A model generated the notes under the pieces. It was not told the origin of the DNA, ran no database searches, and saw nothing but the letters and a program-made list of their open reading frames with translations. Positions 17,621-26,289 of a stretch of DNA of 46,345 nucleotides are shown here, piece by piece. The translations under genes and the position numbers were made by a program. Origin of the DNA: a virus (lineage: Duplodnaviria; Heunggongvirae; Uroviricota; Caudoviricetes); the IMG/VR virus record IMGVR_UViG_3300031370_000003. One strand, 5' to 3'. The stretch's first letter is position 1. Every line of letters begins with the position of its first letter.

Positions 17621-17720
17621 AGCGACCAGCGCCCTCGATCGCTTCAAGCAGGCAGACTCAATCGGGCTTAATGTCCGCTTTGTGCCAGGAGCAGACGTTG
17701 CAAAGACTCAGCTATTTTAG
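17610..17720 (+). pseudogene. Probable 5' remnant of a gene interrupted by the foreign insert
   Basis: ATG with GGAG RBS overlapping the HD gene end; reads into the hairpin repeat at 17670 and stops after 36 aa. Confidence 0.35.
17670..17699. repeat. 30-bp imperfect palindrome, copy 1
   Basis: AATGTCCGCT-TTGTGCCAGG-AGCAGACGTT; 27/30 identical to 19025-19054. Confidence 0.75.
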
Positions 17721-17826
17721 AACATACAGTGTGCTGTCCTGATGTTTAGGCTAGCTAGGTTTCCGACTCTGTCGACAGGCAGCTAAGTAATAGAATAGGC
17801 CAGCCCCTCTGCTGGCCCAGTCAGAC

Positions 17827-18246
17827 TTAAGAACGACCGTTATATCCATCCCAGTAAGTTTGAATAGCGTTTTTTTTCATAATGTTGACTCGCTTGTCTG
17901 GCTGGTCTGCATCATATTCCCGGTTTATGATCTTGGTTTTTTGATTCTTAGGTGAAAAAGGGCCGTCACCCTTAGTGAAACTGTCCACTCTTTGCTGCGC
18001 CTGAATGGCGGTCAGGCCTGCTGTCCTATCCTCTTTCCCTAACACGTAAAACTGGCTGAGAAACTGTGCCATCAGACGGATGTTATCTGCTGTTAACGGT
18101 TGCGTATTGGCATCAAAGTGTATCTGTTGCATTTGGTAAGCCATATGCCGGGCGTTTTTATCAACGCTGGTCCGGGGGCTGGAACAGGCTGCCAGGGCTA
18201 ATGGTAGAACGAGTGAAAGTGCTATAAGACGCGCTGAATACATCAT
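17827..18246 (-). CDS. Exc2-family (entry-exclusion-type) lipoprotein
   Basis: Lipobox LAAC; FY..GK.DR.AGLT..QAQ.RV..F and TYWDGYNG pattern. Confidence 0.7.
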   Translation of the reverse strand: MMYSARLIALSLVLPLALAACSSPRTSVDKNARHMAYQMQQIHFDANTQPLTADNIRLMAQFLSQFYVLGKEDRTAGLTAIQAQQRVDSFTKGDGPFSPKNQKTKIINREYDADQPDKRVNIMKKNAIQTYWDGYNGRS

Positions 18247-18385
18247 GGCCGATCCCTGTAGTGAGGCAAAGCAGGCATGGTAATGTGATGATTGCACCAG
18301 CGTAAGCCGCCAAAAATAGCGGCTTTGATACAATCCTGATTTTCAAACTCTTGGCGCTCAAGGAGCTAAGGCCAACATACCGCGT

Positions 18386-18415
18386 AAGTGGCGCTGCTTG
18401 CTAGGAGCGAACGTT
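18386..18415. repeat. 30-bp palindrome, degenerate copy 2
   Basis: AAGTGGCGCT-GCTTGCTAGG-AGCGAACGTT. Confidence 0.45.
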
Positions 18416-18446
18416 AAGTCCTGAAAATTGCCATAAGTTTGAAGAG

Positions 18447-18854
18447 TTATCGCCAGTTGGCTGCCCTTAGCATCTTTATTAATTGGCGTCCCGCATTAGG
18501 GTCATTTTTATATACTCGCATAGCATTTCGTTTGAATATTGCCGGATAACTACAGGATAGTAAGGGGGTCAAAACAAACATCAAAACACCCGCACCAAAA
18601 GTCGCTAAACCATGTAGCCAGCTGATCATTGAAAGAGGAATTAAAAAAAAGCAGTAGTGAGCATAAAAAAATAACTGTGTGCTGATTTGAGCCCATTTAG
18701 GTATCAACACCCTAGGATCTATCTCATAAAGTTGATTTTTAAAGAGTATTTCTTTAGCACTAGTCCTCATACCTATAAGCCATAAAAATGGAAAGTAAGT
18801 TAGTCCAAACAACGCTATCACAACTAAGTTCCAGTTATACATGTCTAAATCCAT
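18447..18854 (-). CDS. AT-rich multi-TM membrane protein
   Basis: Three hydrophobic segments; low GC. Confidence 0.7.
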   Translation of the reverse strand: MDLDMYNWNLVVIALFGLTYFPFLWLIGMRTSAKEILFKNQLYEIDPRVLIPKWAQISTQLFFYAHYCFFLIPLSMISWLHGLATFGAGVLMFVLTPLLSCSYPAIFKRNAMRVYKNDPNAGRQLIKMLRAANWR

Positions 18855-18982
18855 ATTTCTTCTCAAACTGTCTCATTTTCGCACAAGTTATACTTTATAG
18901 GGATAAGATAAGTTGCGATGTCATTACCTTGTTTCGGAGCTTGATTCTGCCAGTACTTAACGCCACTAATATGTTACTTGTT

Positions 18983-19054
18983 AATGTCCGTTTTTCGCTC
19001 ATCGCGGACCGTACAGCCGACCAAAACGTCCGCTTTGTGCCAGGAGCGGACGAT
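18983..19054. repeat. 30-bp palindrome, copies 3 and 4 in tandem
   Basis: AATGTCCGTT-TTTCGCTCAT-CGCGGACCGT (18983) and AACGTCCGCT-TTGTGCCAGG-AGCGGACGAT (19025). Confidence 0.7.
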
Positions 19055-19305
19055 GCAGACGCCATCATTTGCTAATTCCTTGATAAGATAATTTGCAAAG
19101 CAACATAAATTTTGGTAAGTATAAACACTAAGAGGTCAGAGGAGTGAGCGGGACGGGTCAACTGGCATCAGTGTTTCAATCAATGTAAGCATAAATGTGA
19201 ACATTAATAGCACTACTAATGTTAGCCGTCTTGGGGGTTCGAATCCCCTTGGTAAGAAGAAAAAAGCATCCAAATTCACTACTACTCGTAAAGGAGACCG
19301 TAACA

Positions 19306-19419
19306 ATGCAAAAATATGTCGCTAAAGTGAAAGTCAAATTCAAAGTATATGGTGCCGGATTGATCTTCCTGCTACTGGGTGGGACAGGTGTCCACTTCGC
19401 TCAACCCTGTGACCTCTGA
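19306..19419 (+). CDS. 37-aa basic/hydrophobic peptide
   Basis: RBS AAGGAG; MQKYVAKVKVKFKVYGAGLIFLLLGG...; own terminator. Confidence 0.5.
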   Translation: MQKYVAKVKVKFKVYGAGLIFLLLGGTGVHFAQPCDL

Positions 19420-19428
19420 TAAATCGAT

Positions 19429-19454
19429 AAAAAAGCCTCTTTTGAGGCTTTTTT
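19429..19454. terminator. Bidirectional terminator
   Basis: AAAAAAGCCTC-TTTT-GAGGCTTTTTT. Confidence 0.75.
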
Positions 19455-19554
19455 ATTTATTATTTAATCCCAAAAATTAGTAATGTTTAAAAATTTTTTA
19501 GTATCTGCAGCAATTACATTAGGTATTTCAGATAAATTAGATGCCAAGTTTGAC

Positions 19555-19599
19555 TGACCTGCTCCCCGTTGATTCATACGGAATGCTGTTAGAAATGTC
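19555..19599 (+). mobile_element. Orphan IS3-family (IS407-group-like) terminal repeat remnant
   Basis: TGACCTGCTCCCCGTTGATT...TGTTAG.AATGTC recognised from memory as an IS end; no transposase follows. Confidence 0.5.
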
Positions 19600-19655
19600 A
19601 GCTCTTTGCTCACAGCAAAACTCCCGAGCTGCTGACATGAACAGCATCAAATTAA

Positions 19656-19778
19656 CTAACGTTTCTCACTACTCAGAGAGTTGTTAGAGCAGACTACAAC
19701 TGGTTTCCCTCGCAGATCAGGTCGGAAAATTGTCTCACAAGAGGCATAAAATGAATTAGCATCGACGAGGGCAAACAT
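19656..19778 (-). pseudogene. umuC: Truncated Y-family polymerase V subunit (first ~33 aa)
   Basis: MFALVDANSFYASCETIFRPDLRGKPVVVCSNN, then stop. Confidence 0.85.
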
Positions 19779-19798
19779 TCGGCTATCTCTCGAAATAA

Positions 19799-19814
19799 CT
19801 GTACGTATATACAG
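19799..19814. promoter_or_regulatory. LexA SOS box
   Basis: CTGT-ACGTATAT-ACAG, 20 bp upstream of the umuC remnant. Confidence 0.8.
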
Positions 19815-19869
19815 CATAATAGATCGACTTTTGCGATTAGCCAAATGGAAGGGGCAATCCGCCCCTTAA

Positions 19870-20520
19870 TTAGTAGTTGGTGAATTGAGCATAGGGAACT
19901 CTAAGCCCACCGCGAACGCCAAAAGACTGCGCATATGTTGGCTGCTTTTTGCTGACGTATCGGCATTGAATTTGAGTGCCTGTCCACTTGGTAATAAGCC
20001 CAGAGTAACCTACAACCTCGCCATCGTCAGATATGTTCCCAGGCAACGCATTCATTAAAATCCATGGGTTAAAGTTGACGTTAAAGGACACAGTAGATGA
20101 ATCCACCGGCGAGTTGGTAGGAAGGTCAATAAAACCTCTGATGCGCGGCGCAAGCTCCGCGCTTTTAGCACTCCAAACCAGCTGGCCGCTGGCGTTCAAT
20201 ACATCAAGATAACCACTCTGGATCGCAACGTTTCGGCTGGTTCTAATAATGCGACCACTATTGTTTTGAAAGCACCAGGCGCCAGGCATCGCGAACGCAC
20301 CGGGATTTAGCTGATACCAGTAGAGATAACCAGGTTGTGGCCAACTGTTACTTGGCAAAAAGCCAAAAGGATAGTCGCCGCCAAATGGGTTTTTGACTTG
20401 GTAATAGCCTATGTCAGTTAGGCCAGTAATATTTCTGATGTCTGAAAAAAGCGTGGTTCGATTGTCAGAATCGACCATGACCGCCCCAGCATTGTTGAAT
20501 AACTCAAATCCATATGACAT
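19870..20520 (-). CDS. Tail-tip-associated (post-gpJ-type) beta-rich protein
   Basis: MSYGFELFNNAGAVMVDS N-terminus with an internal repeat GYLDVLNASGQLVWSA; RBS AAGGAGG. Confidence 0.55.
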   Translation of the reverse strand: MSYGFELFNNAGAVMVDSDNRTTLFSDIRNITGLTDIGYYQVKNPFGGDYPFGFLPSNSWPQPGYLYWYQLNPGAFAMPGAWCFQNNSGRIIRTSRNVAIQSGYLDVLNASGQLVWSAKSAELAPRIRGFIDLPTNSPVDSSTVSFNVNFNPWILMNALPGNISDDGEVVGYSGLITKWTGTQIQCRYVSKKQPTYAQSFGVRGGLRVPYAQFTNY

Positions 20521-20529
20521 GTAACCTCC

Positions 20530-20826
20530 TTATGCGTACCGGTACACTTCAACCGTGAACGTCTCGGATGAGTAGTAGCCGTTCATCTGGTACAAAGTGA
20601 AACTGTTTGTGCCTGTAACACAATAACAATCGACGAACCCTCCGAATGAGTTGTGCGTGATGATGGCGAATGAATTTGAAGCATTGATCCCTGGTACAGA
20701 TTGGGTAAACGATTTAGCCCCTGATGCCATTTTCGCAGTGTATGTGCCAATAAAACGACAATTGTAATCGCTAAGATCGACGACAAGCCTGCCGCTCCCA
20801 TCCCAGCACTGAAGCCCGAAAGCCAT
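20530..20826 (-). CDS. Small tail-tip-associated partner protein
   Basis: MAFGLQCWDGSGRLVVDLSDY N-terminus; RBS AAGGA. Confidence 0.55.
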   Translation of the reverse strand: MAFGLQCWDGSGRLVVDLSDYNCRFIGTYTAKMASGAKSFTQSVPGINASNSFAIITHNSFGGFVDCYCVTGTNSFTLYQMNGYYSSETFTVEVYRYA

Positions 20827-20933
20827 GGTTAAAATCCTTTTCAACCGTTGAAAGTCTTGACATTTTACAATTAGCATAACGCCGTAAACAAATTGTTTTA
20901 TGCCTTGTCTTATATGGAATAATAACACCAATA

Positions 20934-20948
20934 AGAAAACATTTTGTT
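20934..20948 (+). promoter_or_regulatory. Motif-B operator (variant)
   Basis: AGAAAACATTTTGTT downstream of TG-N-AATAAT; extra AAACAAATTGTTT at 20886-20898. Confidence 0.55.
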
Positions 20949-20961
20949 TAATGGTGAGCAA

Positions 20962-22647
20962 ATGAGCACAGCACTTTCAATCATCGAAGCATCATCCCCT
21001 GGCAGCAGCGTGGCATTCCGCGAAGAGCTGGCGATAATCAATAACATCGTAGCAGAGTGCGATCGAGAGATTGCCCTGATGCACGAGGTGCACGACTACG
21101 TTTATGGTGATGACCGGTATCAGATGATTAATCGACTGTTGGAGCTGAACCACCAGCCAGATTGCAGCGCGCGCCCCGGAAGCACCCTTTCCAAAGTTAA
21201 CTTGCAGCATGTGAAGGAAAACATTCACGCCCGTTATTGGCAGCGGGTGACGGAAATGACGAACGTTCTGATGATCATGCCAGCTGCGCGCCGTGAGGAA
21301 TGGCGTGAGCAATTCATCTACGGGAAGATGGAAGTAACCGAGGAACGTAAAACGGGAATGTTCAAGGACACTTACCGTGCCAAGAAATATGTGGGCGTTC
21401 CAGAGTTCACCCTTAAAACTGTTGTGCCAACCATGGTGTCATTGCTCAACGACCGGCACAAATATCTGGTTGAACGTGTGCATGGGCTATTCAAGGCGCT
21501 GAGTCCGAACCACAAAACGAACAAGGTTTTTGGCTTCTCAGAAAAGATGATCATCTCCTATGTCTTTACCGACTATTGGAATGACAGTATTTCAATCAAC
21601 TACCGCAAAGAGGACGTGCTCGACGACCTGCGTGTGATGCTTCACTTCTTCGCGCATCAGGAAATTACAGAGGTGGCACCGTCACGTCATGTGTTCAGCG
21701 CGCTTTACCGTGACAACAAGGCAATGAACACTTGGTACAGCATCGACGGTAACTTGATGCGAGTGAAGATGTTCAAGAACGGCAACCTGCACATTCAGGT
21801 TCACCCGGACGTAGCCTGGAAACTCAATGAAGTTCTGGCGGTGGCAATGCCAGCCTCGATCCCGTCAGAGCTTCGTAAGCCACCTGCAAAGAGCGCCCCG
21901 CCGAAAGAGTTTGGGCATGTTCACACGGAAGTGAGCAGCCAGGCGAGAAGAGCGTTATCAACGATGAGTAATCGTTACGGCAGCTGGTCGTATAGTCATC
22001 ATGGTTTGTCCAAATCAGAGATAGAGAAGGCTGACGCTGTCATTAAGCGGATCGGCGGCGTTCAAACCAGCAGCCATTGCTTTAAATTCCCATATGAGCC
22101 TGGGAACATTATCAGCATGATCATGGCCACCGGCCAGATACCAGATGTCGTTGCTCACCAATTCTATCCAACCCCTCTACCAATCGCCGAGTACGTTGCG
22201 GCCGCATTGAATATGCAGCCGGGTGAAAGCCTGCTTGAGCCTTCTGCTGGGCGAGGTGACTTGCTTGCGGCGGTTCCACTGGCACATGAGTTTGCGACCT
22301 GCGTTGAGGTGGCGCCGCTATTTGCGGAGATCCTGAAGGAGAAAGGCTTCACTGATGTGCATAACCTCGATTTCATGGCCTGGACAAAAGACTACTCCAA
22401 GATGAAGTTCGACAAGATAGCCATGAACCCGCCTTACTCCGAAGGTCGTGCCAAAACACATACTCTCGCCGCTCTGGAACATTTGAATGTTGGCGGCCGG
22501 CTGGTGGCTGTTCTCCCTGGTTTGCCAAACCTAAGTGAGTGGATTGACGACCGCCGATTTGCATGTGCGATCGGGAAAACATTTGAACGAGAGTTCGAGG
22601 ACACCGGCGTTACTGTCACCGTCTGCATTTTCAAATGTCTAAAGTGA
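20962..22647 (+). CDS. DUF4942-type protein with a C-terminal class I SAM amino-methyltransferase
   Basis: QFYPTP, motif I LLEPSAGRG, motif IV NPPY; N-terminal VKMFKNGNLH. Confidence 0.8.
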   Translation: MSTALSIIEASSPGSSVAFREELAIINNIVAECDREIALMHEVHDYVYGDDRYQMINRLLELNHQPDCSARPGSTLSKVNLQHVKENIHARYWQRVTEMTNVLMIMPAARREEWREQFIYGKMEVTEERKTGMFKDTYRAKKYVGVPEFTLKTVVPTMVSLLNDRHKYLVERVHGLFKALSPNHKTNKVFGFSEKMIISYVFTDYWNDSISINYRKEDVLDDLRVMLHFFAHQEITEVAPSRHVFSALYRDNKAMNTWYSIDGNLMRVKMFKNGNLHIQVHPDVAWKLNEVLAVAMPASIPSELRKPPAKSAPPKEFGHVHTEVSSQARRALSTMSNRYGSWSYSHHGLSKSEIEKADAVIKRIGGVQTSSHCFKFPYEPGNIISMIMATGQIPDVVAHQFYPTPLPIAEYVAAALNMQPGESLLEPSAGRGDLLAAVPLAHEFATCVEVAPLFAEILKEKGFTDVHNLDFMAWTKDYSKMKFDKIAMNPPYSEGRAKTHTLAALEHLNVGGRLVAVLPGLPNLSEWIDDRRFACAIGKTFEREFEDTGVTVTVCIFKCLK

Positions 22648-22780
22648 ATGATTTGTTTAAACAAATAAGTAAATAATATATCTGTTTAAATTTGTGTGTT
22701 CTTAAACCTTAGATGCCATGAATAGTTGTTCGAGTGATAGTATTGCAAGGTTGCAGTAACTATAAACATATGGGAGCTGA

Positions 22781-23971
22781 TTGATGACTGACACAGCGTT
22801 TTCGAAACATCTTATGAAAGAAGTAGACCCTGAGCAGTACGTTGAGCTTTTAGGTATTGAAAAAAGCCAAATACATGAGTTTGCACATCAAGATATAATT
22901 TGTCCGGTCTGTGAGGCTAGTGGAGGCACCTATGTAAGAGCAACACAAACTGGCATTTATCATAAAAAAGCTCATTTTCGCTTCATAGGTGCCAACGGAG
23001 AAAGTGCTCATCATCCATCATGTGATTTTTATGGCGATCGTTTGTCGCACGAAGTAGGCCAACATCTGGTTCGCTATACTACAGATAGGACGAAAATCAC
23101 ACATGTCATCAGGAAGTTAGTATGCGCTGGTATCCAAGAAGGTATCTTTTCACAAGAGACTATGAGGCTAATGCGTCAGTGGTTTTTTGAAAAACGCACG
23201 TCTTCAACGTTTGTTATTGATATCACTGAAGATGATCTGAATTGGTTAGAATTTATCATTCGCCTCCAGAGATACCCATATGCTAACGGAAGGGACACAT
23301 TGTTGCCATTTACTCCAGTACAAGCAACCGTCCCTGGCTTTTCCTGGGAGGAGGCCATTCAACGAGAAGCCGTAAGGATTCATCAGCCCACGTTGATAGT
23401 GCTAGATGAGCTAAAAATTTGGCCAAAACACATTATCGATTTACAAAAATATCTACAGAACGGCAAACAAAAATTACTTATCGACCCGGCCCTGCTTCGA
23501 GATGAGTACAAAAAAACCCTTCAACTGACGTCATTCATAGTCAACAATTTCGCAGAATTCAAAAGCAAAGCTGTGCGTGACAGAGCTGACGGTGAAGAAA
23601 AGTTGTTAGCTTTTGCTGCGCTTTTACTTTTTGTTTCCGGTTGGAGCATTGATACTGCAATCGAGAAATTTGCAGTCATAGCAAATGTGAAACAAGTAGA
23701 TGATATGCTCGCAGGCAATTTCATTGGCCTAAATCCTTATCTTAAATTTTCTATTGCTGATACGGTAAGTAAACTTCAGAAAAATGGTGGCGTAGCTTTC
23801 AAGGAGATTGAGCTTTGGGAGGTTGAGACAAACATGCGTGACAGCTATGAGCAGTTCAGCCGAAGCCATACCCCCCCTTTGCCGCCACTTGGTCCGGACT
23901 TATACATTCAAAAGCATCTCGAAGACCTTGCGTTTGAGAAGAGAATTTTAGGCTTGGCTGAAGGGCGATGA
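22781..23971 (+). CDS. Hypothetical accessory protein with an N-terminal zinc-finger-like motif
   Basis: CPVC...HF...HHPSC; AT-rich single-gene unit. Confidence 0.75.
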   Translation: MMTDTAFSKHLMKEVDPEQYVELLGIEKSQIHEFAHQDIICPVCEASGGTYVRATQTGIYHKKAHFRFIGANGESAHHPSCDFYGDRLSHEVGQHLVRYTTDRTKITHVIRKLVCAGIQEGIFSQETMRLMRQWFFEKRTSSTFVIDITEDDLNWLEFIIRLQRYPYANGRDTLLPFTPVQATVPGFSWEEAIQREAVRIHQPTLIVLDELKIWPKHIIDLQKYLQNGKQKLLIDPALLRDEYKKTLQLTSFIVNNFAEFKSKAVRDRADGEEKLLAFAALLLFVSGWSIDTAIEKFAVIANVKQVDDMLAGNFIGLNPYLKFSIADTVSKLQKNGGVAFKEIELWEVETNMRDSYEQFSRSHTPPLPPLGPDLYIQKHLEDLAFEKRILGLAEGR

Positions 23972-24312
23972 AAGTCAATAATTGACCTTTTCTATAAGAG
24001 CAAGTTGACCTGGCTATTTTACACTAAATTGATAAGCCCACACCAGTAACCACCTTGGTTTGTGGGTATATTCACCCATAAGAAAACAAATAAATAACCG
24101 ATCAACAAAAAGTCAACGCTACCACCTCTTTTCGCCCCTAAAGTTGATCTGTTGCAGCCACCCCACTTATACCCGCCAAGAAATCGCCAGAACCACACCA
24201 GGGAAGAGACATCTCCCCAAAGCAATACCATTTACCATCCACATGATAGACATGCTTAGAATCGCTCCCGTTGCGTTATAAGCGATAGCAAAACAAATTG
24301 TTTCACCACATA

Positions 24313-24327
24313 AGAAAACAAGTTGTT
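24313..24327 (+). promoter_or_regulatory. Motif-B operator
   Basis: AGAAAACAAGTTGTT; AAACAAATTGTTT at 24291-24303. Confidence 0.55.
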
Positions 24328-24476
24328 AAGGCAATAAAGAACTGGCACAACTGCCATTACCCATACTCCCATAAACGCGAATACCCACCTCACTTTCGTC
24401 AGGCTATCAGAGAACAACCCTCCGACTTACTGCAGGCAACCCAGAACCCCAATCACCATAGACAGCAGCGGAAACT

Positions 24477-24713
24477 GGAAAGGGAGACACGCCATTACCC
24501 ACATGCCCGGAAGATTCAACCAGCCCAGATAATCCAGCACCAGCACTGGCGGGAGAAGCAACCCGCATAAGCTACAGAGAGAATAAGCTATAGGGGGAAC
24601 TGCCATCACTTTCACATCCGCGATTCACAACAAACCCAGCTACCGAGAAGAGAAATCCCCAAGAGGAAACTGGAGAGGCGAATACAGGAAAAGGAGACAT
24701 GCCATTACCCACA
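24477..24713 (+). repeat. 27-bp direct repeat pair in a T-poor non-coding block
   Basis: GGAAAGGGAGACACGCCATTACCCACA (24477) and GGAAAAGGAGACATGCCATTACCCACA (24687); core also at 24353. Confidence 0.7.
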
Positions 24714-25107
24714 CCTCCACGATTATCAGAAGAGAAACATCCAGACACCACAACCAGACATTCACCACTAACCGTTATAGGGAGTAACGAATACACCAGA
24801 AGGAAGAAAGCAAATCCCAGAGAGGAAGAGACTGCGCTATTGAGCGTTAAAGGAGAGAAACACATAGGGATTGCTCACTATAGTGGTCAGTCGATATGGG
24901 TATGTTTACCAATAGGGAATGGGGGAACTGTAAGGGAGTGAAATGGTGGAGGGCGCGCTTCAACCACCGTATTTATTCAACCCCTAAATTTCCGTCGCCT
25001 TCACATAGTCCCCTTCGCTCGATACACCCGCAGGGAGAATGTCACCGCCGCCCCAATCCCTCGATTCGCCGACCGTCACCTGAGCACACCGATGATTGAC
25101 ACCAGCC

Positions 25108-25184
25108 TTCGGGAAGCGGCGAGGAACCGGTATAGAAACGGTCAGAGGAAATTTTCGGGAAACGGGTGGATGCCGGTATAGAAA
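25108..25184 (+). repeat. Two 31-bp bipartite direct repeats (46-bp period)
   Basis: TTCGGGAARCGG-N7-CCGGTATAGAAA at 25108 and 25154; third copy at 29280. Confidence 0.7.
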
Positions 25185-25350
25185 AAAAGAAGGCGAGTGG
25201 TGGCTCGCCCAGAGAAAGGTCAGGCTCATATCTCTATAGTTGATTTTCGGCTAAGAGCCTGTGGTCATCCATGACCAGTGGGTATTGTTGGATACACTCT
25301 TAAGGGGTGCAAGTCCTATTGTACGGGTCGAGGGTGAGGAAATGCTGAAA

Positions 25351-25539
25351 CTACCTACGTGACTTTTTCTCTTCCCGCAGGCGTCGCGCCAATTGTTTGA
25401 TTTCGTCGTCCCTAGCTTTTTGCTTTTTACCGGCAGGAGTCTTGGAGTGTTTCCACCCTTTCCAGCTCATGTAGACGATCACCAACACTATCACGGTCAT
25501 GTCCCATGACAGGAAGCCATGTTTATACAACCAATCCAT
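25351..25539 (-). CDS. Small single-TM membrane protein
   Basis: RBS GGAG; MDWLYKHGF...TM...basic tail. Confidence 0.6.
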   Translation of the reverse strand: MDWLYKHGFLSWDMTVIVLVIVYMSWKGWKHSKTPAGKKQKARDDEIKQLARRLREEKKSRR

Positions 25540-25668
25540 TTCAGCTCTCCGGGGATTTGTTTGCGCCATATTAGCACCGATGCCACTGGCGCACCCTTGA
25601 AGTTCAGCTTTATCGCCTATCCGTTGTTGACATAATAAGACCCATAAGAAAACAACGGAATAAAGCAC

Positions 25669-25875
25669 ATGTATAAACATCTAAATATCAGCATCACATT
25701 GGAAGGCGTGGACACTGATGAGATCTCACTTGATGACGTTATCCGCTCTGAAGATGTAGCCCAACGTATTGGCACCCTCATTGGTCATGGCTACAGAGAA
25801 GGCTCATTCCCACTGCCAATGAATGACCAGCAAATGTCAGTCGCCTGGAACTGCACTACTTCTGATTCTAATTGA
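25669..25875 (+). CDS. Hypothetical protein
   Basis: 68 aa, follows a CATAAT promoter and a partial motif B. Confidence 0.7.
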   Translation: MYKHLNISITLEGVDTDEISLDDVIRSEDVAQRIGTLIGHGYREGSFPLPMNDQQMSVAWNCTTSDSN

Positions 25876-25885
25876 GGGGAATACT

Positions 25886-26128
25886 ATGTCTGTGAAAATG
25901 CCTGGGCTGCTGGAACACTGGAGCGTTGACGAGCTGGCCGAATGTCTGGATGGCGTCGGCAAAGAGTTGTACGCAAAACTGTGGTCATACATCCCCGAAA
26001 AAGGAGATGGCCCGAAAGGAGCTGAGGTCTGGAATGAACTGACCGAAGAACAACAGCAGCGACTTGCTGATGCGGTATATCGAGAGTTCCCGGACTTGAA
26101 AGCGGTAGACGAAGAAGATTCACTGTAA
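25886..26128 (+). CDS. Hypothetical acidic protein
   Basis: RBS GAGGGG; followed by a terminator. Confidence 0.7.
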   Translation: MSVKMPGLLEHWSVDELAECLDGVGKELYAKLWSYIPEKGDGPKGAEVWNELTEEQQQRLADAVYREFPDLKAVDEEDSL

Positions 26129-26179
26129 TCGGAAGGCCACCAGCGCGGTGGCTTTTCTTTTGCCCACTCTCACCTGCGG

Positions 26180-26212
26180 CCACCAGCACCCGATCATCCA
26201 CCAGCACCCGAT
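26180..26212 (+). repeat. 15-bp direct repeat
   Basis: CCACCAGCACCCGAT at 26180 and 26198. Confidence 0.7.
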
Positions 26213-26260
26213 ACGTTATGCTTTGTGCCCTCTTGAGACACTGTATTATTTACACCAACG

Positions 26261-26275
26261 AGAAAACAAATTGTT
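26261..26275 (+). promoter_or_regulatory. Motif-B operator
   Basis: AGAAAACAAATTGTT after TG-TATTAT. Confidence 0.6.
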
Positions 26276-26289
26276 TACATGGTGTGAAT

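Noticed and set aside
17670-19054. CRISPR array or classical integron
   Set aside because: Spacing is irregular (12-690 bp) and contains genes; no cas or intI gene; sites are too short for canonical attC
19228-19250. tRNA gene suggested by GGGGGTTCGAATCCCC
   Set aside because: Only a T-arm; no acceptor stem, D-arm or anticodon arm can be built
24699-24941. 80-aa ORF with AAGGAG upstream
   Set aside because: RBS is only 2 nt from the ATG, the ATG lies within a DNA repeat and the peptide reflects compositional skew
25349-25357. Additional motif-A site (AACTACCTA)
   Set aside because: Half-site only, overlapping a stop codon; the TAGGTA halves at 29305 are likewise unpaired
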